This document shows, piece after piece, positions 49,562 through 61,699 of a stretch of DNA of 64,000 bases. Position 1 is the first letter of the stretch, and the number at the start of each line of letters is the position of its first letter. Both the position numbers and the translations under genes were made by a program. The DNA is from Haliotis rufescens (lineage: Eukaryota), in NCBI RefSeq assembly GCF_023055435.1, contig NW_025963779.1:47802001-47866000 (forward strand). The letters are read 5' to 3'. The notes under the pieces were generated by a model, which was not told where the DNA came from, did not search any database, and saw nothing but the letters and a program-made list of their open reading frames with translations.

Positions 49562-50509
49562 TGTAGCAGGTGTATATATTTGTATTTTAGTCTTTTTGTA
49601 AATAAATCTATTTCAAGTTTTGTTTCTGTTGAACTTTATTCAACAGAGGTGTGTGTTTGTTTTTATCCCATCATTCTAAGTCAAGGCCTCAGTGATCAAT
49701 CACAACCCAAGCTCAACTACATTCTTTGTCCAGCCCTCTGCTGATCAATCACACCCCAAGCGATCCTGTGATTGGCCACATTCAAACTTTACCTTCTTGC
49801 TCTGACTAACTCCATATTGCCACCTTCACTATGCACTGCACTGGGAGTATTCATAGATCACCACAAAAGGTTAGTTTATAATTTATCGTTATTTCTAAAT
49901 AGTATTAAATAGTAATCAAAGATTAGGCATTATAAATAAGCATCTCAGAAGTAATTATATTTACATTGAATCACATATTTCTATTAATGTTGATGTTTTG
50001 AATGAATGTGGTTTAGAGGCTGAACTTTAAACCTAAGCTTTAGTGTATTTTAATATTATCTTGTATACATGCCAAGTTATATCTACATTAATGGAATTGC
50101 ACCAACTATGCATTTTGTTATTCATTTCATTGTATTTAGTCACTCTAAGTATTTATTCCTGCTCTTTCTTCTGCAGGACATAGCATGAATGGTGACATTT
50201 CAAGGGTAACACGTTTTACACCCTTGTGCCACACATAGGGTATGTGTAACCATTTTACTTAATATGTACTGTAAGCCATTTCTATCATATCATCTAATAA
50301 TAATTAGTTGTAAGTAATGTAACAGAAATGATTGTATTGCTTTGATGATGATATGATATATATTATGTTTTAATATGCATATACTATATTATCTGTTTCT
50401 TATTACAGGGTGACTATCGTGATTATAATAAACATAAGCCTCACACCCCGTAGCCGTCTTGGTGTCATCTGTTTAAAATAATGGATAAAGCCAAGAAAAC
50501 CCGGTTACA
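49562..50509 (+). repeat. Gypsy B 3' LTR
   Basis: 948 bp, TG...CA, followed by TSD ATAG. Confidence 0.97.
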
Positions 50510-53500
50510 ATAGCACCATGGATTTCACTAGTGGTGATGGTGATGGTGATGGTGGTGGTACCATTGAAATTACTAGTGGTGGTTATTGGGATGGTAGCAT
50601 AGGGCTCAGTAGTGATGGTTGATGGTAGCATGGAACTCAGTAGTGATGGTGATGGTGATGGTAGCATGGAGCTCAGTAGTGATGGTGATGGTGATGGTAG
50701 CAGGGAACTCAGTATTGATGGTGATGGTGATGGTGATGGTAGCATAGAGCTCAGTAGTGATGGTGATGATAGCATGGAGCTCAGTATTGATGCTGATGGT
50801 AGCATGGAACTCAGTAGTGATTTTGAATGTGATGGTAGCATGGAGCTCAGTAGTGATGGTGATGATGATGGTAGTATGGAGCTCAGTAGTGATGGTGATG
50901 GTGATGGTAGCATGGAACTCAGTACTGATGGTGATGGTGATGGTGATGGTGATGCTGATGGTAGCATAGAGCTCAGTAGTGATTGTAATGGTAGAATAGA
51001 GCTCAGTAGTGATGGTGATGCTGATGGTAGCATGGAAGTCAGTAGTGATGGTGATGGTGATGGTAGCATGGAACTCAGTAGTGATTTTGAAGGTGATGGT
51101 AGCATAGAGCTCAGTAGTGATGGTGATGGTAGCATGGAGCTCAGTAGTGATGGTGCTGGTAGCATGGAGCTCAGTAGTGATTTTGAAGGTGATGGTAGCA
51201 TAGAGCTCAATTGTGATGGTGATGGTAGCATGGAGGTCAGTAGTGATTGTGCTGGTAACATGGATCTCAGTAGTGATGGTGATGATGATGGTAGCATGGA
51301 GCTCAGTAGTGATGGTGATGGTGATAGTAGCATGGAGCTCAGTAGTGATGGTGATGCTGATGGTAGCATGGAAGTCAGTAGTGATTGTGATGGCAGCATG
51401 GAGCTCAGTAGTAATGGTGATGCTGATGGTAGCATAGAGCTCAGTAGTGATTGTGATGGTGATAGTAGCATGGAACTCAGTAGTGATTGTGATGGTAGCA
51501 TGGAACTCTGTAGTGATTGTGATGGTAGCATGGAGCCCAGTAGTGATGCTGATGGTAGCATGGAACTCTGTAGTGATGGTGATGGTAGCATGGAGCCCAG
51601 TAGTGATGCTGATGGTAGCATGGAACTCTGTAGTGATTGTAATGGTGATGGTAGCGTGGAACTCAGTAGTGATTGTGATAGTGATGGTAGCATGAAGCTC
51701 ACTAGTGATGGTTATGATGATGGTAGCGTAGAGCTCAGTAGTGATGGTGATGCTGATGGTAGCATGGAAGTCAGTAGTGATGGTGATGGTGATGGTAGCA
51801 TGGAACTCAGTAGTGATTTTGAAGGTGATGGTAGCATAGAGCTTAGTAGTGATGGTGATGTTAGCATGGAGCTCAGTAGTGATGGTTTATGGTAGCATGG
51901 ATCTCAGTAGTGAAGGTGATGATGATGGTAGCATGGAGCTCAGTAGTGATTTTGATGATAACATGAACTCAGTAGTGATAGTGATGATGATGGTAGCATG
52001 GAGCTCAGTAGTGATTGTGATGGTAACATGAACTCAGTAGTAAAAGTGATGGTGATGGTAGCATGGAACTCAGTAGTGATTGTGACGATGATGGTAGAAT
52101 GGAGCTCAGTAGTGATTGTGATGGTGATGGTGATGGTAGCATGGAGCTCAGAAGTGATGCTGATGGTAGCATGGAGCTCAGTAGTGATGGTGATGGTGAT
52201 GGTAGCATGGAGCTCAGAAGTGATGCTGATGGTAGCATGGAGCTCAGTAGTGATGGTGACGATGATGGTAGCATGGAGCTCAGTAGTGATTGTGATGGTA
52301 GAATAGAGCTCAGTAGTGATGGTGATGCTGATGGTAGCATGGAAGTCACTCTAGTGATGGTGATGGTGATGGTAGCATGGAACTCAGTAGTGATTGTGAT
52401 GGTGATGGTAGCATGGAACTCAGTAGTGATGGTGATGGTGATGGTAGCATGGGACTCAGTAGTGATGGTGATGGTGATGGTAGTATGGAGCTCAGTAGTG
52501 ATGGTGATCGTGATGGTGATGGTAGTATGGGGCTCAGTAGTGATGGTGATGCTGATGGTGATGCTGATGGTAGCATAGAGCTCAGTAGTGATTGTAATGG
52601 TAGAATAGAGCTCAGTAGTGATGGTGATGCTGATGGTAGCATGGAAGTCAGTAGTGATGGTGATGGTACCGTAGAGCTCAGTAGTGATTGTGATGCTGAT
52701 GGTAGCATAGAGCTCAGTAGTGATTGTGATGGTAGCATGGAGCTCAGTAGTGATGCTGATGGTAGCATGGAACTGAGTAGTGATGGTGATGGTAGCATGG
52801 AAGTCAGTAGTGATGGTGATGGTGATGGTAGCATGGAACTCAGTAGTGATGGTGATGGTGATGGTAGCATGGAGCTCAGTAGTGATGGTGATGGTAGCAT
52901 GAAACTCAGTAGTGATGGTGATGGTGATGGTAGCATGGAACTCAGTAGTGATGGTGATGGTAGCATGGAGCTCAGTGGTGATTGTGATGGTAGCATGGAG
53001 CTCACTAGTAATGGTGATGGTGATGGTTGCATGGAACTCAGTAGTGATTGTGACGGTGATGGCAGCATGGAAGTCAGTAGTGATGGTGATGATGATGGTA
53101 GCATAGAGCTCAGTAGTGATGGTGATGGTGTTGGTAGCATAGAGCTTAGTAGTGATGGTGATGGTGATGGCAGAATGGAAGTCAGTAGTGATGGTGATGA
53201 TGATGGTAGCATAGAGCTCAGTAGTGATGGTGATGGTGATGGTAGCATGGAGCTCAGTAGTGATGGTGATGGTAGCATGGAACTCAGTAGTGATTTTGAA
53301 TGTGATGGTAGCATGAAGCTCACTAGTGATGGTTATGATGATGGTAGCGTAGAGCTCAGTAGTGATGGTGATGCTGATGGTAGCATGGAAGTCAGTAGTG
53401 ATGGTGATGGTGATGGTAGCATGGAACTCAGTAGTGATTTTGAAGGTGATGGTAGCATAGAGCTTAGTAGTGATGGTGATGTTAGCATGGAGCTCAGTAG

Positions 53501-56500
53501 TGATGGTTTATGGTAGCATGGATCTCAGTAGTGAAGGTGATGATGATGGTAGCATGGAGCTCAGTAGTGATTTTGATGATAACATGAACTCAGTAGTGAT
53601 AGTGATGATGATGGTAGCATGGAGCTCAGTAGTGATTGTGATGGTAACATGAACTCAGTAGTAAAAGTGATGGTGATGGTAGCATGGAACTCAGTAGTGA
53701 TTGTGACGATGATGGTAGAATGGAGCTCAGTAGTGATTGTGATGGTGATGGTGATGGTAGCATGGAGCTCAGAAGTGATGCTGATGGTAGCATGGAGCTC
53801 AGTAGTGATGGTGATGGTGATGGTAGCATGGAGCTCAGAAGTGATGCTGATGGTAGCATGGAGCTCAGTAGTGATGGTGACGATGATGGTAGCATGGAGC
53901 TCAGTAGTGATTGTGATGGTAGAATAGAGCTCAGTAGTGATGGTGATGCTGATGGTAGCATGGAAGTCACTCTAGTGATGGTGATGGTGATGGTAGCATG
54001 GAACTCAGTAGTGATTGTGATGGTGATGGTAGCATGGAACTCAGTAGTGATGGTGATGGTGATGGTAGCATGGAACTCAGTAGTGATGGTGATGGTGATG
54101 GTAGTATGGAGCTCAGTAGTGATGGTGATCGTGATGGTGATGGTAGCATGGAGCTCAGTAGTGATGGTGATGGTGATGCTGATGGTGATGCTGATGGTAG
54201 CATAGAGCTCAGTAGTGATTGTAATGGTAGAATAGAGCTCAGTAGTGATGGTGATGCTGATGGTAGCATGGAAGTCAGTAGTGATGGTGATGGTGATAGT
54301 AGTATGGAGCTCAGAAATGATGGTAGCATGGAGCTCAGTAGTGATGGTGATGGTGATGGTAGTATGGAGCTCAGTAGTGATGGTGATCGTGATGGTGATG
54401 GTGATGGTAGCATGGAGCTCAGTAGTGATGGTGATAGTAGCATGGAGCTCAGTAGTGGTGGTGATGGTACCGTAGAGCTCAGTAGTGATTGTGATGCTGA
54501 TGGTAGCATAGAGCTCAGTAGTGATTGTGATGGTAGCATGGAGCTCAGTAGTGATGCTGATGGTAGCATGGAACTGAGTAGTGATGGTGATGGTAGCATG
54601 GAAGTCAGTAGTGATGGTGATGGTGATGGTAGCATGGAACTCAGTAGTGATGGTGATGGTGATGGTAGCATGGAGCTCAGTAGTGATGGTGATGGTAGCA
54701 TGAAACTCAGTAGTGATGGTGATGGTGATGGTAGCATGGAACTCAGTAGTGATGGTGATGGTAGCATGGAGCTCAGTGGTGATTGTGATGGTAGCATGGA
54801 GCTCACTAGTAATGGTGATGGTGATGGTTGCATGGAACTCAGTAGTGATTGTGACGGTGATGGCAGCATGGAAGTCAGTAGTGATGGTGATGATGATGGT
54901 AGCATAGAGCTCAGTAGTGATGGTGATGGTGATGGTAGCATAGAGCTTAGTAGTGATGGTGATGGTGATGGCAGCATGGAAGTCAGTAGTGATGGTGATG
55001 ATGATGGTAGCATAGAGCTCAGTAGTGATGGTGATGGTGATGGTAGCATGGAGCTCAGTAGTGATGGTGATGGTAGCATGGAACTCAGTAGTGATGGTGA
55101 TGGTAGCATGGAGCTCAGTAGTGATTGTGATGGTGATGGTAGCATGGAAGTCAGTAGTGATGGTGATGGTGATGTTAGCATGGAGCTCAGTAGTGATGGT
55201 TTATGGTAGCATGGATCTCAGTAGTGAAGGTGATGATGATGGTAGCATGGAGCTCAGTAGTGATTTTGATGATAACATGAACTCAGTAGTGATAGTGATG
55301 ATGATGGTAGCATGGAGCTCAGTAGTGATTGTGATGGTAACATGAGCTCAGTAGTAAAAGTGATGGTGATGGTAGCATGGAACTCAGTAGTGATTGTGAC
55401 GATGATGGGAGAATGGAGCTCAGTAGTGATTGTGATGGTGATGGTGATGGTAGCATGGAGCTCAGAAGTGATGCTGATGGTAGCATGGAGCTCAGTAGTG
55501 ATGGTGATGGTGATGGTAGCATGGAGCTCAGAAGTGATGCTGATGGTAGCATGGAGCTCAGTAGTGATGGTGACGATGATGGTAGCATGGAGCTCAGTAG
55601 TGATTGTGATGGTAGAATAGAGCTCAGTAGTGATGGTGATGCTGATGGTAGCATGGAAGTCACTCTAGTGATGGTGATGGTGATGGTAGCATGGAACTCA
55701 GTAGTGATTGTGATGGTGATGGTAGCATGGAACTCAGTAGTGATGGTGATGGTGATGGTAGCATGGAACTCAGTAGTGATGGTGATGGTGATGGTAGTAT
55801 GGAGCTCAGTAGTGATGGTGATCGTGATGGTGATGGTAGTATGGAGCTCAGTAGTGATGGTGATGGTGATGCTGATGGTGATGCTGATGGTAGCATAGAG
55901 CTCAGTAGTGATTGTAATGGTAGAATAGAGCTCAGTAGTGATGGTGATGCTGATGGTAGCATGGAAGTCAGTAGTGATGGTGATGGTGATAGTAGTATGG
56001 AGCTCAGAAATGATGGTAGCGTGGAGCTCAGTAGTGATGGTGATGGTGATGGTAGTATGGAGCTCAGTAGTGATGGTGATCGTGATGGTGATGGTGATGG
56101 TAGCATGGAGCTCAGTAGTGATGGTGATAGTAGCATGGAGCTCAGTAGTGGTGGTGATGGTACCGTAGAGCTCAGTAGTGATTGTGATGCTGATGGTAGC
56201 ATAGAGCTCAGTAGTGATTGTGATGGTAGCATGGAGCTCAGTAGTGATGCTGATGGTAGCATGGAACTGAGTAGTGATGGTGATGGTAGCATGGAAGTCA
56301 GTAGTGATGGTGATGGTGATGGTAGCATGGAACTCAGTAGTGATGGTGATGGTGATGGTAGCATGGAGCTCAGTAGTGATGGTGATGGTAGCATGAAACT
56401 CAGTAGTGATGGTGATGGTGATGGTAGCATGGAACTCAGTAGTGATGGTGATGGTAGCATGGAGCTCAGTGGTGATTGTGATGGTAGCATGGAGCTCACT

Positions 56501-56988
56501 AGTAATGGTGATGGTGATGGTTGCATGGAACTCAGTAGTGATTGTGACGGTGATGGCAGCATGGAAGTCAGTAGTGATGGTGATGATGATGGTAGCATAG
56601 AGCTCAGTAGTGATGGTGATGGTGATGGTAGCATAGAGCTTAGTAGTGATGGTGATGGTGATGGCAGCATGGAAGTCAGTAGTGATGGTGATGATGATGG
56701 TAGCATAGAGCTCAGTAGTGATGGTGATGGTGATGGTAGCATGGAGCTCAGTAGTGATGGTGATGGTAGCATGGAGCTCAGTAGTGATGGTGATGGTAGC
56801 ATGGAGCTCAGTAGTGATTGTGATGGTGATGGTAGCATGGAAGTCAGTAGTGATGGTGATGGTGATAGTAGCATGGAACTCACTAGTGATGGTGATGGTG
56901 ATGGTATCATGGAGCTCAATAGTGATGGTGATGGTAATGGTAGCATGGAACTCAGTAGTGACTGTGATGGTGATGGTAGCATGGAGCT
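50510..56988. repeat. GGT/GAT-based satellite, subfamily 2 (30/36 bp, GGTAGCATGGA(A/G)CTCAGTAGTGATGGTGAT[GGTGAT]) with ~1.6-1.7-kb higher-order repeats
   Basis: unit read directly; near-identical blocks offset by 1621 and 1693 bp. Confidence 0.95.
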
Positions 56989-58468
56989 GCCTTTGTGTGT
57001 GGGGAATCGACTACGGTAGTTGCACTGCATAAGCAATTGTGTTTTAAACCTAAACATTTGGACCATCCAAGTGCATTTGAGAAATACAAATTATCCTGTA
57101 TGCCACACTGCCCTCAATGCAAACACAACTGCACGATGTACAGACATAATATTCAGCATCTAAACAAGTGCCACATGAAAGCCTGTATTGTTTATGGCTA
57201 TTACAGTTCCTTCTCGGCCGTTAACGACATAGTTCTCCACCCTGGTAGACAAAAATCCCCTCCTTCCGACGCCACAATGTACTGAAGGGGAGCCCCACGG
57301 GCACTGCAGAGCTTACAAGCGTCCTGTGGGAGGTTCGGAGATGCCCCCCTAAGAGCTTTTGATCCCCCGCGGGGTCGTTACATCAACGTCTTGACCGGAT
57401 AAAGGGCAGGTGGCATTTACCGACACCACTTTGTTCGAGGTACAGTCTCCAGTGTGTGTGGCCTTTCCTCAGAGGTTGGGACCTATGTAGTCCCAATGCC
57501 AAGCTGTGGATAGATCTTTACTCGGGCTGACCCCACCTGTAGTACACTTGTATATATTAAGGAAATGTTGCACAGCATATGTTGTTTTGAAGCCATGCCA
57601 AGACATGATAATGCGGTGGGAAGTAGAACATATAGAAGTATTTGGCGGGGAGTGATTGACATTTTCAACTATTGGTTTCGTGCAAGGTTGCTGAATAACA
57701 ATGATAGAGGCTTCCTACACAGAATTGTCTGCCGCGTGACGAAGTCTAAATACACTGTACATGCATTATAGGCACTTGGAAATACATCCATTATTAGTGA
57801 TAAAGCTTAACTAATGTAAGAAGGTGCAGAAATAGGATGTCTTTTGCTCTGCACTTATGTATTTTGTTAAGGGGGACGGGTACTTGTGCGTGTGCTTTGA
57901 AATTTAAAGCAAGTTCAGTCCACACAAGCCTTGTATTGAATTAGGGATTCCCAATTCACGTGGAGCTTACTTTACCACCTAGAATTGTAAAAAACAGACA
58001 TCGTACAATAGAATTTCATGCTTCCCAGGCTGCATCAGATGCTATTAATTGTGCAGAATAATACTGTTTAGCGGCATGAACACATAATAGGGTACATATA
58101 TAGACACACTGACACAGAGTTCTCCCTGGGTTATAATGCCATGTTTTTTTCTCCGAACAGATTTCCGCAGTGAAAAACGTCCCAATTCTCTGGTTATAAT
58201 GCCATTTGTTTGTAAATTTTGACGCAATAATTGACAATGTAGTTGATTTTTTGGAGATAATTGCCTTTTCTAAATCAACAAACTAAATGCATTGATCTCA
58301 GATGTTTTACATCTCATCCTTACACAGAGAATGATTCGCTGTCTTAAAATAACAATAATTAGTTTGATGTTATAGATTATATCCTTTTCTATAAGATTAC
58401 ATAAATTCTTCTATATAAATATATATCATGTCAGAAAGGTCTGGTCTTCATCTCCCTGATGATCTCTC

Positions 58469-58667
58469 TATATCATATGAAGGACGACGCACAGTTGAAC
58501 ACCATCTGTGGTGTTAGAATATCAGTATATATACAGTACTCCCTGGTTACAATGCCATCTTTCGTCCAGCGGAAAATGTGGCATTATAACCAGGGAGGAC
58601 TGTATATATACTGATATTCTAACACCACATATGTTGATCTTCTGTGCGTCGTCCTTCATATGATATA
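58469..58667. mobile_element. ~200-bp foldback element with a central 69-bp Tc1/mariner-type MITE (58534-58602)
   Basis: outer arms TATATCATATGAAGGACGACGCACAG and TGTGGTGTTAGAATATCAGTATATA are perfectly inverted; inner TA|CAGTACTCCCTGGTTACAATGCCA...TGGCATTATAACCAGGGAGGACTG|TA; related TIR fragments at ~58115-58205. Confidence 0.8.
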
Positions 58668-59249
58668 CATTTACTACAGTAACTGAAGATGTTCTGGCAT
58701 TTGTCGGCACATCCATAGGTCTTCACGGATTGCAACAGATAGGATGTACTGCCGCCTGAATCGGTCAGCGCGGGACACAATAACATTATGCATGGATCTC
58801 CTTCCTCCTTTCTATTCGCTCACATAGTCCACTTGATGCTCCCATGTCTCCCTGTCAGGACACAAGACAAGGGTTATCCCCAGTTGTGTAGTGTTGTGCC
58901 TTGTGGATGGAGGCAAGAGTGAACGCCCATGGATCTCTGCTTTCATGTTATATCTGCCGCCGTAAAATGCCACTGTGTAAATACCACTGTTGTGATAGCA
59001 GGGAGCAAGTTCACTGCACATATACATATCCTGTCACTTAAATCATAAACAATTATTGCTTGCAGTTCAACCTCTGATATTGATATCGTATGAAAAAGAA
59101 AAGTAAACGGTATCCAATTAAACAATTTTGTTTATAAAATATCCAGTTTTAAACGTGTGATATGTCGTTGTTGAAATATGTCATCTTCCTGCTCATACCG
59201 CGACTGATGTAAGTTTTAATGGATGCTAGCTGTACTATGTGGTACGTAA

Positions 59250-59455
59250 NNNNNNNNNNNNNNNNNNNNNNNNNNNNNNNNNNNNNNNNNNNNNNNNNNN
59301 NNNNNNNNNNNNNNNNNNNNNNNNNNNNNNNNNNNNNNNNNNNNNNNNNNNNNNNNNNNNNNNNNNNNNNNNNNNNNNNNNNNNNNNNNNNNNNNNNNNN
59401 NNNNNNNNNNNNNNNNNNNNNNNNNNNNNNNNNNNNNNNNNNNNNNNNNNNNNNN
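59250..59455. other. assembly gap (N run)
   Basis: Ns. Confidence 1.
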
Positions 59456-61699
59456 ATCAAAATGTAATGTCAGGAACAAAGCACTGTTAGATTTAGATGA
59501 ATCGAAAATGTACCTTCTATAGTTCTATGGTATGTATACGTCAAAGCGCTAAATCAAGACGTATTGTCAAGAATATACACAACATATCTGATTGGTTTAA
59601 ACCTTGAAGCGGGCCTTGGTGTCCGTCATTGAAGGGCATATGTTTTGCAGCTTATGGGAATGAACGAACAAGGGCGAAAGCGGCCGATTACTGTATTTTA
59701 CATTTCATAACTTCTTGTCGCAGCAACGATTTTCATACATTACCGAAATGACAGAACTGAAGTCACTCGTCTTGATGATACTGTGTTATTAAAACCATTG
59801 CCGTGTTTCAGGGAAGTGAGCCATGTTTCAGTGTGTGGGAATATAGCTTTAGTAATATCCCCGTCTATGGATGATTGTAAAAAGTGAGAATGCCGAGATC
59901 TGTACAGGGATGCTGGGTGGGGCGTGGTTGCTGGTAGCAACTATAAACTCAACACTGGTTTTCTGTTGCTGCATTTTACAATTTTAAACATGTAAGCACG
60001 TCTGACTAACTTGTACAACGATGGTATTATCGATTAAGATACAGCTTTGGGGACACATAATCTGTTATTTTGTAATGATTGAAAGGAGAAATCGAGCAGC
60101 CAGCTGATATCTCTCATATGTGACGTTCTCGTGTGAGAACACAATCAAATACCATTATAAAGATTCCTAAACAAGGGTTTCTTTCGCGAGTTCATAGCGA
60201 GTAATGTTTATTGAAAAGAAAGCATCTCCATTAGATACAGAATGGTATTCAGAAGATGAAGAGGGGAAATGTTTCATTCTCATGAATCATTACGGATATG
60301 TAAGCCAAATTAATCCGACTAGCATGGATAAGCCGTTGTTACATACACAGCGTAACAAGAATACTACAAAATACGCATGTGGTATCACGTATATGACCTC
60401 ATCAAATTCGGATTTGTGTAGATTTCATTTGGTTGATACCGTTTTCTTTCTACCTTTTACAAGTGACATTGAAAAGTAATAAGAATAATGTAACTTTTCC
60501 TATATGGTGGCGTTGAAGATTGTACAGAGTATCCGTTGACTACGTCCCGCTATCTCCCAACTTCTATAGGTACTTAATGTTCAATTGAACTAGATATGCC
60601 CGTTTGAGCTATGTTTCACGTGTAAACAGTTCTATTAGTATCTAAGTTGATATTGCAGTCTACATACTCAAACGTGTTATGCGCATGAATCTACAGCTAT
60701 TCGACGATATGAGGCAATATACAGGATTCTGTTCTCATCCTGAACTATATGATACATGAAGGCCATGAAGCAGGCACAAGGAGAGGCAATAAGAAATATG
60801 CTTGTTGAATTGTAATCAAGTTTTGTCGCTGTCATGTTTAAACAAAAATATATTTAGTTTCTTCGGAGATGCCAGTAATACACTGCACATGAAACTGATG
60901 TGTGCTGAGAATATGTTGATATGATAAACACTCTGTTGACAGAATACTCCGATGCCCCGAAATATAAATCATGAAATATAAGCAAACGTGATAAGATATA
61001 AAAAGTAATAATTTTTCTGCTCATAGAATTTGGCATACGTGTTATGTAGTTTATTTTAACAATAGCGTAATGGACTCAATGCCTTAAACAAATAAATTAA
61101 ATTGCTGTTAGGAACCGATAGCACAGCCCGACATCACTGAAGGCTTTTTGTGAGAGTCTCAGTCGCCCATCACGGCGGCGGACTTGTCTCAGCACTGTCA
61201 AGATCGTGTGATTCTAGTCTGCACTCTGACTGGCAGTCGGTACGCCCCCCAGCACGCTCATGTCGGGGTGTTTGTGCATGGGCAGTGGACGCATTCCTGG
61301 AAGGGGAGTTCAGCATATCTGTCAGTACTTGAAACATTACTACACTTTCAGGAATGCAAACTCACTACATCTCATACACTCTATATTATGACCGGGGATG
61401 TCCTGCTATTCAGGATATTTCAGGAGTTTTTAACATCTTTCTCAACAGAAACAAGGCTCCGTTTTGCCAAAATGCAATTCTTTTCTCGTTTTCTCCACAG
61501 GAAATAGCGCATGCTAGCCAATGTGACCCCTGGGTGCTGCACGACAAGTATAATGTGGAAGTCCTCAAATAACTGCTGTGCTGGAACACCATACGTCGTC
61601 TCCCTCACATACCAGTACTATGCTTAAGTGACACTTGGGTTTGGCTATATGCTATATCCAAAACTCACAGACTGTTTCGTATTTCGCACGGTTTATCAA

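Larger units (their letters stand above)
41463..50509 (+). mobile_element. Full-length, very young Ty3/Gypsy LTR retrotransposon B (9047 bp)
   Basis: 948-bp TG...CA LTRs; 4-bp TSD ATAG (41459-41462 and 50510-50513); PBS, PPT, gag and pol. Confidence 0.97.

Noticed and set aside
61150-61608. Cluster of short ORFs, with AVDAF reminiscent of DIRS RNase H/MT
   Set aside because: A single short motif with no supporting neighbours.
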